A DNA stretch of 62,886 nucleotides, counting the filler, from Octopus bimaculoides (lineage: Eukaryota), in assembly GCF_001194135.2 (NCBI RefSeq). It is 5 parts of 4 records of this genome, joined end to end, with 100 filler letters (N's around TTAATTAATTAA, not from the genome) between each part and the next. Parts side by side here need not be neighbours in the genome. Positions count along the whole stretch, not along the records: positions 16,785 to 35,535 come from NC_068984.1; positions 35,636 to 52,355 come from NC_068990.1; 3 more parts are not named here. The stretch is one strand, 5' to 3'. The notes beneath the pieces were generated by a model. The model worked only from the letters and a program-made list of their open reading frames with translations. It was not told the DNA's origin and did no database searches. Shown in pieces: positions 24,151 to 37,560 of the stretch. A program made the translations under genes and the position numbers. Each line of letters opens with the position of its first letter. Position 1 is the first letter of the stretch.

Positions 24151-25020
24151 ATATATATATATATATATATATANNNNNNNNNNNNNNNNNNNNNNNNNNN
24201 NNNNNNNNNNNNNNNNNNNNNNNNNNNNNNNNNNNNNNNNNNNNNNNNNNNNNNNNNNNNNNNNNNNNNNNNNNNNNNNNNNNNNNNNNNNNNNNNNNNN
24301 NNNNNNNNNNNNNNNNNNNNNNNNNNNNNNNNNNNNNNNNNNNNNNNNNNNNNNNNNNNNNNNNNNNNNNNNNNNNNNNNNNNNNNNNNNNNNNNNNNNN
24401 NNNNNNNNNNNNNNNNNNNNNNNNNNNNNNNNNNNNNNNNNNNNNNNNNNNNNNNNNNNNNNNNNNNNNNNNNNNNNNNNNNNNNNNNNNNNNNNNNNNN
24501 NNNNNNNNNNNNNNNNNNNNNNNNNNNNNNNNNNNNNNNNNNNNNNNNNNNNNNNNNNNNNNNNNNNNNNNNNNNNNNNNNNNNNNNNNNNNNNNNNNNN
24601 NNNNNNNNNNNNNNNNNNNNNNNNNNNNNNNNNNNNNNNNNNNNNNNNNNNNNNNNNNNNNNNNNNNNNNNNNNNNNNNNNNNNNNNNNNNNNNNNNNNN
24701 NNNNNNNNNNNNNNNNNNNNNNNNNNNNNNNNNNNNNNNNNNNNNNNNNNNNNNNNNNNNNNNNNNNNNNNNNNNNNNNNNNNNNNNNNNNNNNNNNNNN
24801 NNNNNNNNNNNNNNNNNNNNNNNNNNNNNNNNNNNNNNNNNNNNNNNNNNNNNNNNNNNNNNNNNNNNNNNNNNNNNNNNNNNNNNNNNNNNNNNNNNNN
24901 NNNNNNNNNNNNNNNNNNNNNNNNNNNNNNNNNNNNNAAACTACTACTACTACTACTGCTACTAGGTGATACGGTGTGGAACATGGCTGATCTTTTCTTT
25001 TATTGGTACAATCCACCAGT

Positions 25021-25448
25021 GGAGGCGCAATGGCCCAGTGGTTAGGGCAGCGGACTCGCGGTCATAGGATCGCGGTTTCGATTCCCACACCGGGCGTTGT
25101 GAGTGTTTATTGAGCGAAAACACTTAAAGCTCCACGAGGCTCCGGCAGGGGATGGTGGCGAACCCTGCTGTACTCTTTCACCACAACTTTCTCTCACTCT
25201 TACTTCCTGTTTTTGTTGTGCCTGTAATTCAAAGGGTCAGCCTTGTCACACTTTTTCTCGCTGAATATTTCCGAGAACTACGTTAAGGGTATACGTGTCT
25301 GTGGAGTGCTCAGCCACTTGCACGTTAATTTCACGAGCAGGCTGTTCTGTTGATCNNNNNNNNNNACGTTAATTTCACGAGCAGGCTGTTCTGTTGATCG
25401 GATCAACTGGAACCCTTGACGTCGTAAGCGACGGAGTGCCAACAACAA
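25021..25448 (+). mobile_element. Full-length tRNA-derived SINE family E
   Basis: GGAGGCGCAATGGCCCAGTGGTTAGGG (A box), GGTTTCGATTCC (B box), long body, (AAC)n-type end. Confidence 0.92.
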
Positions 25449-26057
25449 TCCACCTAACGAGATTCCACACAATTTTCACTTAATTTCCTTCACAACGCTT
25501 TGGTCAACGCAATATAATGGTAGGAGCCACTTACTCAAAATGCCGTGTAGTAGGATCGAACCCGAAACTCATGACTGCGAAGTGAACTTCTTAAACATTC
25601 AGCCGTGCTTTTGCCGATATGACACTAGTTGTAGTGTGTATACGCTGGTACAAGTATAGCTATAACCAGTGTTCAATGTTTAGTGACCGTTAAGTATATT
25701 TTCTAATGGTATGTAAAATGTCACAAGTCACCGGGAAAAAATACGTTGTGTGCTTGTGTCCGAAAAATAATTCACAAATCATTTAGCGAACATAACTGTG
25801 AGAGAAGGGGTGCGGTTGGAACTACATATAAATGCAGACACCCACGCACATACTTATGCATACACATATATATATATACATGCATACATACATACACTCA
25901 TATATACATATTTATATGTATATAATATATATATATACGCATACACACATGTATGTTNNNNNNNNNNNNNNNNNNNNNNNNNNNNNNNNNNNNNNNNNNN
26001 NNNNNNNNNNNNNNNNNNNNNNNNNNNNNNNNNNNNNNNNNNNNNNNNNNNNNNNNN

Positions 26058-26270
26058 GGATGTTGCGTTCTGTTCTTGAACAAAACACTTTATTTCACGG
26101 TGCACCGTGATCACTTGGACATTTGACGTGTGGCACACCATGTACGTGTGCAGTCATTTAATGGAGGGACTGAGCTACTGCACAGCACAAACATTTGATC
26201 AACATAAGCAAATCGTCTGTGCACGTTGTTCAACAAAGCGACTGCGGGGACTTCATATGTCGTCGACGAC
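26058..26270 (+). mobile_element. SINE with family C-like core and a different 3' body
   Basis: GTTCTTGAACAAAACACTTTATTTCAC core followed by sequence unlike the C or E tails. Confidence 0.5.
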
Positions 26271-26308
26271 AGGGGAGTCCCCGACACGCGCGCTCGCACA
26301 TACGCACA

Positions 26309-26348
<40 letters not shown>

Positions 26349-26354
26349 TGTATG

Positions 26355-26414
<60 letters not shown>

Positions 26415-27217
26415 TGAGAGTTTAGAGGGACATATCCGGGTGGAAACCGTGATAACTCTCAGTTATGTTCCAGGTTACGGCTGGCGGACGTACGAGACTC
26501 CATTTCTCTATCCTTATAATGATTGCATGTGTGTGTGTGTGTGTGCAGTAACACCTCAGTTAGCGCTGTACGTGCTAACCGAGATATTATAAGATATCGG
26601 AAAGTGAAATTCGAAAAACAAGATGTGAAATGCCAGTTGTCATAAACATAAGTCTCTCTTGCTTGAACTACAAACATTATATGTATGCATGTTATCTCAT
26701 TTTCTATACTCAAAACGAACTTTTCGTTCAGCGTGAACAATTCATTCAAAAGCATATGTTCCTTATTATTGATGGGTCTCCCCCAGTCATTTGTGCATAT
26801 ATGTGGCTTTACTACGACTATTTGTTTCTGAAAGTATGTTGAAGTCGGAAAACCTCAAAACGGGTGACTAGAAATTAATTTGTCCAGGTCTGCAAATATG
26901 TTATTTTCTTCCTATACTCTGTGTTGTAGGGATATTTTCAAATGTTTAATTGTGTTGTATATTTTTCATACAGTTACTCTGAATTTGTTGTGATTCATAG
27001 AGTTCAAACGTTTCATTAAGTTATGGGAGATATACACATCAACTCCACTCTCTCAATCGACCCGCACTTCATATCCCTTATGTCTGTTGAATCAAGAATG
27101 AGAGGGTGTCTGTGCCTGTTGGCGACTACGTGAGCATCTAACACCATAAGGCAGAACAGCTCATGCTGATATTAAATCATATATGTATTTACATATATAC
27201 ACACACATACGAGTGTA

Positions 27218-27284
<67 letters not shown>

Positions 27285-27386
27285 GTATATTTAGATATAT
27301 GATATACGTATATCAAGAGAATAATAAATGGAAAACTAGAACCGACTATCCGTCATTCATTTTGTGATGCTGGTTTTGTGTTACAG

Positions 27387-27494
27387 TGGCCGAAAATAAA
27401 TCTGTTAGAAACTATTGAACAGCTTTGCTATGGTTATTTTTAATCAGTATTGCGGCTTGACACATTGTTTTCTTGTTGAGATATTTTCTACAAG
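27387..27494 (+). other. Candidate 108-nt internal exon, non-coding or 5' UTR
   Basis: T-rich acceptor GGTTTTGTGTTACAG and strong donor AAG|GTAAGA in repeat-poor sequence; all three frames carry stops, and an internal ATG could open MVIFNQYCGLTHCFLVEIFST. Confidence 0.25.
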
Positions 27495-30400
27495 GTAAGA
27501 CGAATTTTTCATCTGCTTATATTTGGTTTGATTTGTGATGTTCATCACTAAATTTATTATCTAACTCTTTTTAGAATGTTTATAATTATAGAAATAGTTT
27601 GTGAACACGACAGATACGTAGTAAATAATTTGCTTGATTTATAGATGTAGGTTTATATAGATTTATAGACAAAATAAATGATCTCACTAATAGTTTAGAG
27701 CCGAATTTCAAGAGTTCTGGGTTAAATCTTTACATTTCCAGTAATGAACAAAACAATTGTAATATTTTTAATGAGATTTAGATAATTAGCAGGAATTACT
27801 TGCAGCACAAATTATTGTCAATACAAACGAAATCTCGTTTTAGGATGCTTATGATCTCAAAAACCTTACCTAGCATATCTTTTGCGCCATTAGTAAAAAA
27901 TATGCTTTGCTGAGGAGACGTAATAAGACCAAAACTTTCCAAAGTTGTTACCGATTTTCTGAAGATCATATTCTCTTCCCCTGAATACCCATATTTTATT
28001 GTTAATTAAGCTTTATAAATTTATAATCCGGAGTTGACTCCTCTTGCTTTCCTAACTAGCATTAATCATTAAGCTATTGATTGTTCTCGTCACTTTGCTT
28101 GTAATTTTAAGTAAATGTATTCTAAACTTATTTGCGTTTAGTACTTTAGTTCTGGCTTTTCTATCTTTCGCAACGAAATTTTGCCGTCCCGAACACTCGA
28201 ACTGTGTTCTCATTTACCACATGGATAGTGTCTGTTAAAAATTCTAAATATAGTTATTATTTCTTTTAAAAGAAATTCGTGACCAGTGTCGAACAAATGT
28301 GTTAGAACGCCCCTCTCCCTCATGCTCTGAGTTCAAATTCCACCAAAATCGTCTTTACTTCTTATCTTTCAACAATCAAGCTTTGAGGTCAATCTAATTA
28401 ATTGTGCATTCATCACAATAAAATGTTGTGCAGGGCGGGCTTTGTGACTCTGCTAGAGACCCTAATTAGCTAGGGTTCTTCAGAGAATATTTGTTCATTA
28501 AAATACGTTTGAGAAACACATAGAAAAGAGACGAAAGAAAAACGAATGACCTAGAAACATGCACTGATGCTATTGTTGTTGTTTAACCCAGGTCAGCCCT
28601 GATTGAGGTATGACCAAAGGCGTTTCAGTCATGGTTATCTCTTCTTCTTTTACTTCTAGGACTATATTAGTTGATGTGTCCTTTTTCTATATTACTAGTG
28701 TGTGAATTTGTGGTATTTGTCCACTACATATTTCCAAAAGTTCAAATAAATGCGTAGAGGCGCATTCGTGATTCAAATCCCACGTAGATTATTGTTGAAA
28801 TACTAGTTGTTCTCAATTTTACAGTCTGTTTTATAACCTTTGAAATTTAAGCAGACATAGTCTAATTTTGTTTTCCCAGACCTGTCTCTGACCGTTAATT
28901 AAACACTTAATTCGTCATTTTTATCTTGTGTCACTCAGAAGGGAAACATTCTACAAAATGACTAAGTCACTCCGACAAAATTTATTTACTTATTTTCTAT
29001 ATTTTTCAGTACATCAAAGAAACAATTTCTTTCGCAAATATTTTTTACTAAATGAATGTATTTATCACGTTTGTGTGTATATAGGCAAACGGTAATAAGA
29101 GAAGAAAAAAAAACCTAAATGAGCGTGCTAGAAACTGGTCGCACATTTTTTCTTTTCTGTTTTTTGTTAGATTCATTACTCGAATTTTCGAATGGTCACG
29201 AATATGTCTGTACCGACTATTATACCTGAAATTGAGCAAATAGAAATTGGCTAAAAGGCAAATTAGGAGAAAAAATTGTTTAGATATTTGCTCATTATGC
29301 CTACCTCACTAATTATATACAATTACATATGATAATACTTCTGACATATGAACACAATTATGTATGTATTTTACTCTTTTTAATATAATATCAATAATTT
29401 TCTCAGAGTTATTTCATTGCTTCCACTATATTCCAGCTTGCTGTCAGACTGGGATGTCACTAATTAAACATCGGTTGGTTGCTCTTGCGAATAGATTTCC
29501 TAGTTCAATGTAAACTATCTTTGAAACTTACTATTAGAGATATCTCCTTGAAATTCTTATTCGTTTTCTATTAATTGAAGATTGTGTAATTAAGCACAAA
29601 GTATTTAGTGTCATACGACGTTCCACATGATTACTTAATCACATCGGTTGTTAACAACGGAGTACAATTACATACCAGGAGGAAAATATTAACATCATTA
29701 GTATACATATGTTTCTCTGTTGTGAACCAAAATTAAATATTATTTCAGAAAAAAAAAAAAGAACGAAAGATATTAATGATTTAAATATATGTATACTGAA
29801 ATAAATCATGATATTCGTTGTGCTTAATTTAAAATCTACGCCTGATGAATAATATGTATGTCAAAGCTTCACGAATTATATCTAAATAGTTAATTGAAAT
29901 TCTAATCATAGACCCTATGGTATCTGAAGCAAATACTATGATACAGTTTCATAACCGGAGAAGCAAGGTTTCTTAACTGAAATTCTGTTGCTACTAGATT
30001 GTTAAATATATGGAAAGTAGATGCAACAAATATTATGTTACTCTGAACAAGAATATATTGCTTAGGAAGGAAAAATTTCACGATACATCTAAGAGTGGGA
30101 TATATGTTATTACTTATACTATTAGCTTGTATGAGATAAAGTTATCTCAAATGCGTCCTTGCTTGGAACAGCTATAATATACTATTTAAGCCAACATTAC
30201 TAAATGACAAACGAGAGTAATGGTCACTTTATAATGGGGTAGCTGCCAGATAGCTTATGTTTAACGGTGTTATTTCATGTAATAGAAATTGTTTCATATG
30301 ATGGAAAGAGACGAAAGTAGATGGAGATAGAAGTCAACTTTAGATTAGTTGATATATTGAGAGCTTGACAGATAGATAACTAAATAAATCAATTTGATAC

Positions 30401-31436
30401 AGAATATAACATATTTCCAAGAAAAACGCCGAAACATAAAAACTACAGCTGTGCTAATAAGAAAACTTAGCTTTACATAATATTTCATAATAATAAGAAA
30501 CACGAGGAACTGATAGAATTTCACATTCGATGTGTGTATGCATATTGCTCGGTGCCTCTGTATTCATTCTCTAAATTGCTGAAAGCAAGATTTTTTCCAT
30601 CCGTAAGCCATGATGGCACACTAGGATTCAATGGATTACATATCTTCTCTGGAATATTAATATTTTGCCTCTTGTTATAAACTGTCCAGAGGAGGAGTGA
30701 ACGGTGTCCATTGATGCAGTTTAAATATTTAAATAATATTGCTTTAAATATATATGATTCACTTCTTTAAAAAGGTTTCTCAATGTCAGCTCCCAGTACT
30801 GACGTAGCAACGGCGAAGTTTTCCATTTTCACTCTCAATTTTAATGTTTTCATATCAAGTTTTAATTCGCTATTTGCAAACAGCTACGATAAATTACTGA
30901 AGGAAATATTTCACAAATTTAAATATTCAATACAAGATAGTTTTTAACGAGCTTTTATTTATACGATTTTTTCATTTCATGTTTATTTCATTCATTGCTT
31001 GCAATGTTCTCTCACTCACTCTCTCTCTCTTTCTCTCTCTCTCTTTCTCTCTCTCTCTTTCTCTCTCTCTCTTTCTCTCTCTCTCACACACACACACTGT
31101 CTCTCTAATATAAACACACACACAAACTGTTTCTCTAATATAAACACACACTTCAGGTTTGATTTCGTTATTACATAAATATCACATTAGAATTTTGTAA
31201 TCCAGCATGGGGCCTCTAAGAAATTCTTTATTTATTTACTTTTTGCGCGCCGTGTTCAGCTCTGTGTATTTGTAGTCAGCCACACACGCACACGTGTGTC
31301 TTTGTATGTACGTTTGTATACATTTATGTATGTGTGCTTGTGTGTGAGAGGGGGAGAGAGTGAAGGGGTGTGTTGTCATCTATACGTGCATACATAAATA
31401 CATATGCATACAACTTTTCCGTATGTATGTGTGTGT

Positions 31437-31482
<46 letters not shown>

Positions 31483-31501
31483 GAGTGATGTCTAAGTGGC
31501 A

Positions 31502-31533
<32 letters not shown>

Positions 31534-31670
31534 TACACACACGCACGCATACATGCAAAAGAGATGTATGCTTATTCATTTATGTATGTACGTATACATG
31601 ACAATACACCCCTTCACTCTCTCTCTCTCTCGCATCCATTTCATCTGATGTTGGATACTGTATGTATATA

Positions 31671-31968
31671 GGCGTAGGAGTGGCTGTGTGGTAAGTAGCT
31701 TGCTTACCAACCACATGGTTCCAAGTTCAGTCACACTGCGTGGCATCTTGGGCAAGTGTCTTCTATTATAGCCTCGGGCCGACCAAAGCCTTGTGAGTGG
31801 ATTTGGTAGACGGAAACTGAAAGAAGCCCGTCGTATATATGTATATATATATATATGTGTGTGTGTATGTTTGTGTGTCTGTGTTTGTCCCCCCCCCCCC
31901 AACATCGCTTGACAACCGATGGTGGTGTGTTTGCGTCCCCGTAACTTAGCGGTTTGGCAAAATGAAAC
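31671..31968 (+). mobile_element. SINE family A, 3'-truncated
   Basis: Head, internal microsatellite and the start of the 3' half. Confidence 0.92.
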
Positions 31969-31974
31969 TGTAGC

Positions 31975-32774
31975 AAGGATTAACCATGAATTAATAAGAT
32001 TCCAAAAGTCATTAAGGAGTAGAAATCAGTTGATTCAGTCCTTGATGAAAATCAAGCTATCCATTACCGAACAGAGTTCCTTAATTCTCTTGAGCCACCT
32101 GGAACTCCTCCTCATAAACCTTTTCTGAAGGTAGAAGTCCTAATAATGCTTCTAAGAAATTTAGATCCGCTTAGCAAAGGGACAAGGTTGATTGTGAAGA
32201 CATTATCACCTAATGTGACAGAAGCTACCATCATCGCTGGGTCTGCCTCCGGGGAAGAGATTTTCATTGCGAATTCCATTCAAACCAACAGACATGCCAT
32301 TTGAGTTCAAACGAATACAATTCCCAGTACGACTTTGCTTTGCAATGTCTATTAATAAAGCTCAAGGTCAGACTTCAAAATCTACTGGCTTGCACTTAAT
32401 TGAGCCTTGCTTTTCTCATGGTCAACTTTATGTTGGTTGCTCCAGGGTTGGTAGTTTGCAAGACTTGTTTGTCTATGCTCCAAACCAGAAAACAAAGAAT
32501 GTTGTATATCCAGAAGCTATTACGTAATTTCCTTCAACAAATGTGATAGAATTTATCTCCCTTCATAAAAGTGGTAAATTTTGCTTTTTCATTTATTATT
32601 ATTGTTGTTGTTGTTGTTGATTTTGTTGTCATTTTGCATTATGAATTCAGAATTGATTTTTCAATTAAAGTATTAATTGAATTTAGAATAAATTTCTATA
32701 CAATATATTTTGTTTTTCCTTCCAATATAAAAGGAACAGTTTCATTCCCGGGCAACGCCGGGTACCCCCGCTGG
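31975..32774 (+). mobile_element. Helitron 3' portion: PIF1-type helicase remnant plus terminal hairpin and CTRR end
   Basis: TEFLNSLEPPGTPPHK..MLLRNLDP..GTRLIV, then RIQFPVRLCFAMSINKAQGQT..FSHGQLYVGCSRV..TKNVVYPE* (stop at 32527); CCCGG-GCAACG-CCGGG hairpin at 32747-32762, then CTGG at 32771-32774 followed by T. Confidence 0.93.
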
Positions 32775-32858
<84 letters not shown>

Positions 32859-35342
32859 CCTTTTTGTGGTGTGAGGTGATCTTTTTCTCCCACTGCTGGG
32901 ATCAAACTAAAGTTATATATTCAGAATTTGCTCTCATATAAGAGTGCCCAAGTACCATTTCCATTTAATCCAGTGTAGTCGAAGTTACTACAGCTTAACA
33001 TGACGAAAACTCGTAAAATATCTAATATTTATAAAATTCTACTTCAGTAACAATACAACTCGTTCTTCCGTCTACTTTCACAATCACCCTATCTACTTGT
33101 TTCAAGAGGGAGTTATGTTGATGATTGATATGTAGATGGGATTAATAGTTACGGTTGAAGGATTGAGATATGATTGATATACTTCGAAAAATGGAGTAAA
33201 CTAAGAAGCAATCTATCTGTATAGGCACAGATTAGGTTGTATTGATCGTTGCGTAGAATTAGAGGATATAAACATAAATGGTTATTGATTTCTAACTTAG
33301 AAAGATTTATAGAGAAGTTAAAGGACATTATATGACATTCATGCATTTCCCGAGTAAAGCGAAGGGAATTAGTTTCAACTGGGAATTAGAAGCCAGCATA
33401 AGTTGATGCTGGAAAGAGAAATGAGATTTTAAATGAAATTAATAATGATGATTTAAAAAATCGAAAATGAAAGAGAGGAAAAAAAAAAACAATTGAGAAG
33501 AGGTTTGACGGCATAGTTAAAGAAAGATCGCCTGATATTTTGAAGAAAGAAAAATAGTTGTCTGACATGAAGGGCAAAAATAATTAAGATTGAGATAATG
33601 AGAGAATTTTTTTTTTTAATAAGAGGAAGTCACTATAAATATAAAGGAACAAGTAAAAAGATAGAAATATAAAAGAAAGCATTTATATTAACAAGAGCAT
33701 GCAGAGAAGGGGGAGAGAACGAGGAAAGCAAAAAAGGATGAGAGGGAGAGAAGGGAAGTATCAAAAGAAAATGGAAAATGCCGTCTATTAGAAGAAAGAC
33801 AAAAAGATGATTCGTTATAATAGTAGATATATTTATTGAAATTGGAAGGCGAATACAAGTCGAAGACTCGAGAAACGTCATGTGGAATTCAGACAACAAG
33901 GAACCAGAGAAAGGCAATTAAATGATTGATTGAAACTGAAACAATTTAACAAATTTACTATATTAAACATTCATTTGGGAGTTGGTAGCTAAATATCTAC
34001 GCGTTTTCCTTTACGTCATTTAATATAAATTGTTGTAGTCTAAAGATGTAGCGGTTCTGCCTCAGTCGCTCTAAAACAGCAATCAATAACACCAACCAAA
34101 CAAGAAACAGCCAGTTTTATAACCATCTAAGTTATGAAATATTACCACACTATCTCTGTTTAGATACAAAACTCCAAGAGCGCAATCAATCGTATTATAC
34201 TGGGAAAGTGAACACAATCCTTCAGTTTCGATTAATAATCTTTTTGTAAAAAATAAGCCAGAAGAAATATAAATATTCGTAAAGAATTGGCTAGGATAAT
34301 TATTCTGTCTATGATTTATATCTATTTTATATTACTTCATGTAATTTTACTTAGTTATCTTAGTAAATTGTTTCATCTTTTGCAACAGAATATTTGTATG
34401 AAATATTTTTAGATATTACTTCCACTCGTAACATTAAAAAAACAAATAACAAACAAACACTCATGATTTTTGTCGTTTCAGGAGAGTTAACTAAATTGAC
34501 AAATTATTTACATCTAAATCAAAAACAATTTTTTTTAAACTATGGATTAAAAACCTTTTGTTTATTATGATCCTTGCTGATTTTCTTTGTATTTAGTTAA
34601 TTGGATTGATTTGAAATTTATTTTCTCAAAAGATGTGACACTAACATACCAATAAATATTATTCAAGATCAATAACCAAAGACAATTAAATAATTATGTG
34701 ATGATCGGACTCTAGAGAAATGATCATGCCACCATAAATATTTTGGCTTAGGCATTTTAATACACTCACACACTCATATTTATAGAGGTGGTGTAAAGAT
34801 ACGCTTTCACAGAATAACTGTTTTCGTATTATAACTGAAAATGTAGTGGTATACGTATTCATAATATTTAGCACATATAATATATATAAACATATGTAGC
34901 ATAAGTATAAGTGAGAAAGACAGAAAAAAAGGTATCAGATTTTGCTTCGAATCTTTTGTTTAGAAAAGGGGTGTTAGTTTATACATTTGGGGGTGGGAGT
35001 GGGTTAAAAGGGTTGTTTTTCTAGTATATGAAAAAGTCATAGTTTCGCTGATTTCAGCCTTCTAGATTTGATTTATTTTTTTATATTTAAAACTATATGT
35101 AGATTAATAATTGAACAGTCATGTCGCTTCTGATATTTCCAAAACACAGGATTTAATTTTGGTTTGTGTTAGTGCCGTTGTTCTTGTTATCAGTCCAAAA
35201 CCGATGCAATGGCGAAGTGGACCGATCTAAGGCTTGTAATTCTGTTTTGGTGCACACGCGTATTCAGAGGAGTAGCAATGTAACTACACGTGTGCCGTTG
35301 GCGATTTCTTCTTCTCAATCTTTAGACTTTCCTCCTTTCTCC

Positions 35343-35376
35343 TTTCCAACGAAGAGCTATGCTCGAAACGTCAAAC
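35343..35376 (+). ncRNA. Minimal Penelope-type hammerhead ribozyme remnant (core mutated)
   Basis: TTT-CCAACGA-A-GAGC-TAT-GCTC-GAAACGTC-AAA versus the pattern CTGANGA-A-stemII-GAAACGTC; two core substitutions. Confidence 0.55.
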
Positions 35377-35478
35377 TTTCTCCATTCACCGAGTGTCAAG
35401 CTGATACATTTCTTGTGCACGTCTTCACGTTCGTATTTTTTTCTTTCCGTATTTGAATTGTTCATTTATTTGAATTGA

Positions 35479-35535
<57 letters not shown>

Positions 35536-35649
35536 NNNNNNNNNNNNNNNNNNNNNNNNNNNNNNNNNNNNNNNNNNNNTTAATTAATTAANNNNNNNNN
35601 NNNNNNNNNNNNNNNNNNNNNNNNNNNNNNNNNNNATATTGTGAATATA

Positions 35650-36431
35650 TATATAATAGCGTGAAATGCATATCTTTGATGCAGCCTTGACCAATAGTAT
35701 CCCTAGGAGGGGTTAGGTCTAGATCCAGATTAGTCACTGCCTTTCAGAGGGTTCTGAGCCCCCTTTCGCTAGGTTAGCTAAGGATTAGGTTAAGGCTTAG
35801 TTGTGATCCGAACATAACCTCTTCTAACACAGAGGATCGGGAGTCCTTTTGGGTGTTCTATTTTCCTTGCTGGAAAGTGGGGTTAGTTGATGGGGGTGGT
35901 GGTTTCAAAAGGGCCAGCATGTGCAACCTGATCACCTTTGCCGATCAAACTCCCAACCCATGCGTTCCCGTTGCGACACAGATTCTACAGAACTGGGTTG
36001 GGTGTGAAAACCAACTTTAAAGTATAAATATAGATTTTTTGAATCAGCAACGTTATGTTCGGTTAAGTCCTATTTGGGTGAAAAGTCAATAAACTGATTC
36101 CTTATGGGGTTTTCTATTCAATCAGGATGAAAAATCGATAAACCGATTCCTTATAGGATTTCTCACTAAAATTGGCTACACCCCATTTTCAACCATTACT
36201 TTTACCTATTTTGATGTATTTTGTTCAAACTTATGACTCATGGGATCTTTGAATGCTTTAAGTTCTCCTCCCCCACCACAAAAAAAAAAACAATCGATGA
36301 GTGGAAAAATTGATAAACCGATTCTTTATAGGATTTCCCAATCAAATTGTCTGCAACCCACTTTCAGCCCAACGTTCACCAATTTCAACTGATTTTGCTC
36401 AAATTTGACGTCAGTGTTATTTAGTTTGGTT
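35650..36431. mobile_element. Probable non-autonomous DNA element with internal motif repeats
   Basis: The GATAAACCGATTCCTTATAGGATTT motif recurs at about 36088, 36137 and 36312; degenerate TTAGG-like tract near 35770-35800; no ORF. Confidence 0.3.
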
Positions 36432-36876
36432 NNNNNNNNNNNNNNNNNNNNNNNNNNNNNNNNNNNNNNNNNNNNNNNNNNNNNNNNNNNNNNNNNNNNN
36501 NNNNNNNNNNNNNNNNNNNNNNNNNNNNNNNNNNNNNNNNNNNNNNNNNNNNNNNNNNNNNNNNNNNNNNNNNNNNNNNNNNNNNNNNNNNNNNNNNNNN
36601 NNNNNNNNNNNNNNNNNNNNNNNNNNNNNNNNNNNNNNNNNNNNNNNNNNNNNNNNNNNNNNNNNNNNNNNNNNNNNNNNNNNNNNNNNNNNNNNNNNNN
36701 NNNNNNNNNNNNNNNNNNNNNNNNNNNNNNNNNNNNNNNNNNNNNNNNNNNNNNNNNNNNNNNNNNNNNNNNNNNNNNNNNNNNNNNNNNNNNNNNNNNN
36801 NNNNNNNNNNNNNNNNNNNNNNNNNNNNNNNNNNNNNNNNNNNNNNNNNNNNNNNNNNNNNNNNNNNNNNNNNNNN

Positions 36877-36928
<52 letters not shown>

Positions 36929-37009
36929 ACACCACACCACACCACACATAGATGAGTTTCTTTCAGTTTCTGTCAACCAAATCCACTCCCAAGGCTTTGG
37001 TAGGCCCGA

Positions 37010-37560
37010 GGCCTTAGTAGAAATGCGTCTGCTGATGTCTCCTCCGTCGATGTTCCAGGCTTCTGCTTCAGGAGATCCCCATGCAGCGCTCGCGCTTTCT
37101 CGCAGCTGATGGTCTCCGTCATCGTATCCCCTGCGAGTTGCTTACGGCCTTGATCTCGTACTTGCTCGTCAGGATGGTGCAGATCGTCGATGCTTCGGCT
37201 GTATTGATGCGCTATGCCCACTACACGCACACCTCTCTTATGTTTATCAGCGATTTCCTTCTTCAATTCTATCGTAATCAGCTTTTTCTTCTTGGTACTG
37301 TGCTTTGCACTAACCTTCTTAGGACCCATGGCTAACACAACTAATTATTATAGAATAATAACAAAAGCGCACAAATCCAAAAAGGAAACACTGGGAAAAA
37401 CACAATAGGGATGCTGCTACAATGAGATAAATATGTGAACTGAACAGGTGAAGGCTGCGCTCGTTGGGAGAGCGTGTGCAAACACAGCGCCAACTAGCGG
37501 TCGGTTGTATGAAAATCGCTCGTGCTGGGGATTTGCGCTCGTATTACAAGACAAAAATTC
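37010..37560 (-). mobile_element. pogo/Tigger transposon, internally deleted 5' remnant
   Basis: MGPKKVSAK..KKKLITIELKKEIADKHKRGVRVV (CENP-B/psq-type HTH) joined to LAGDTMTETISCEKARALHGDLLKQ (second HTH). Confidence 0.88.

Noticed and set aside
1747-25100. tRNA-like sequences with A and B boxes
   Set aside because: They are SINE heads continuing into repeat bodies; no complete cloverleaf tRNA gene is seen.
25322-25400. 34-bp direct repeat inside the family E SINE
   Set aside because: It flanks an 11-N gap and is absent from other E copies: overlap artefact.
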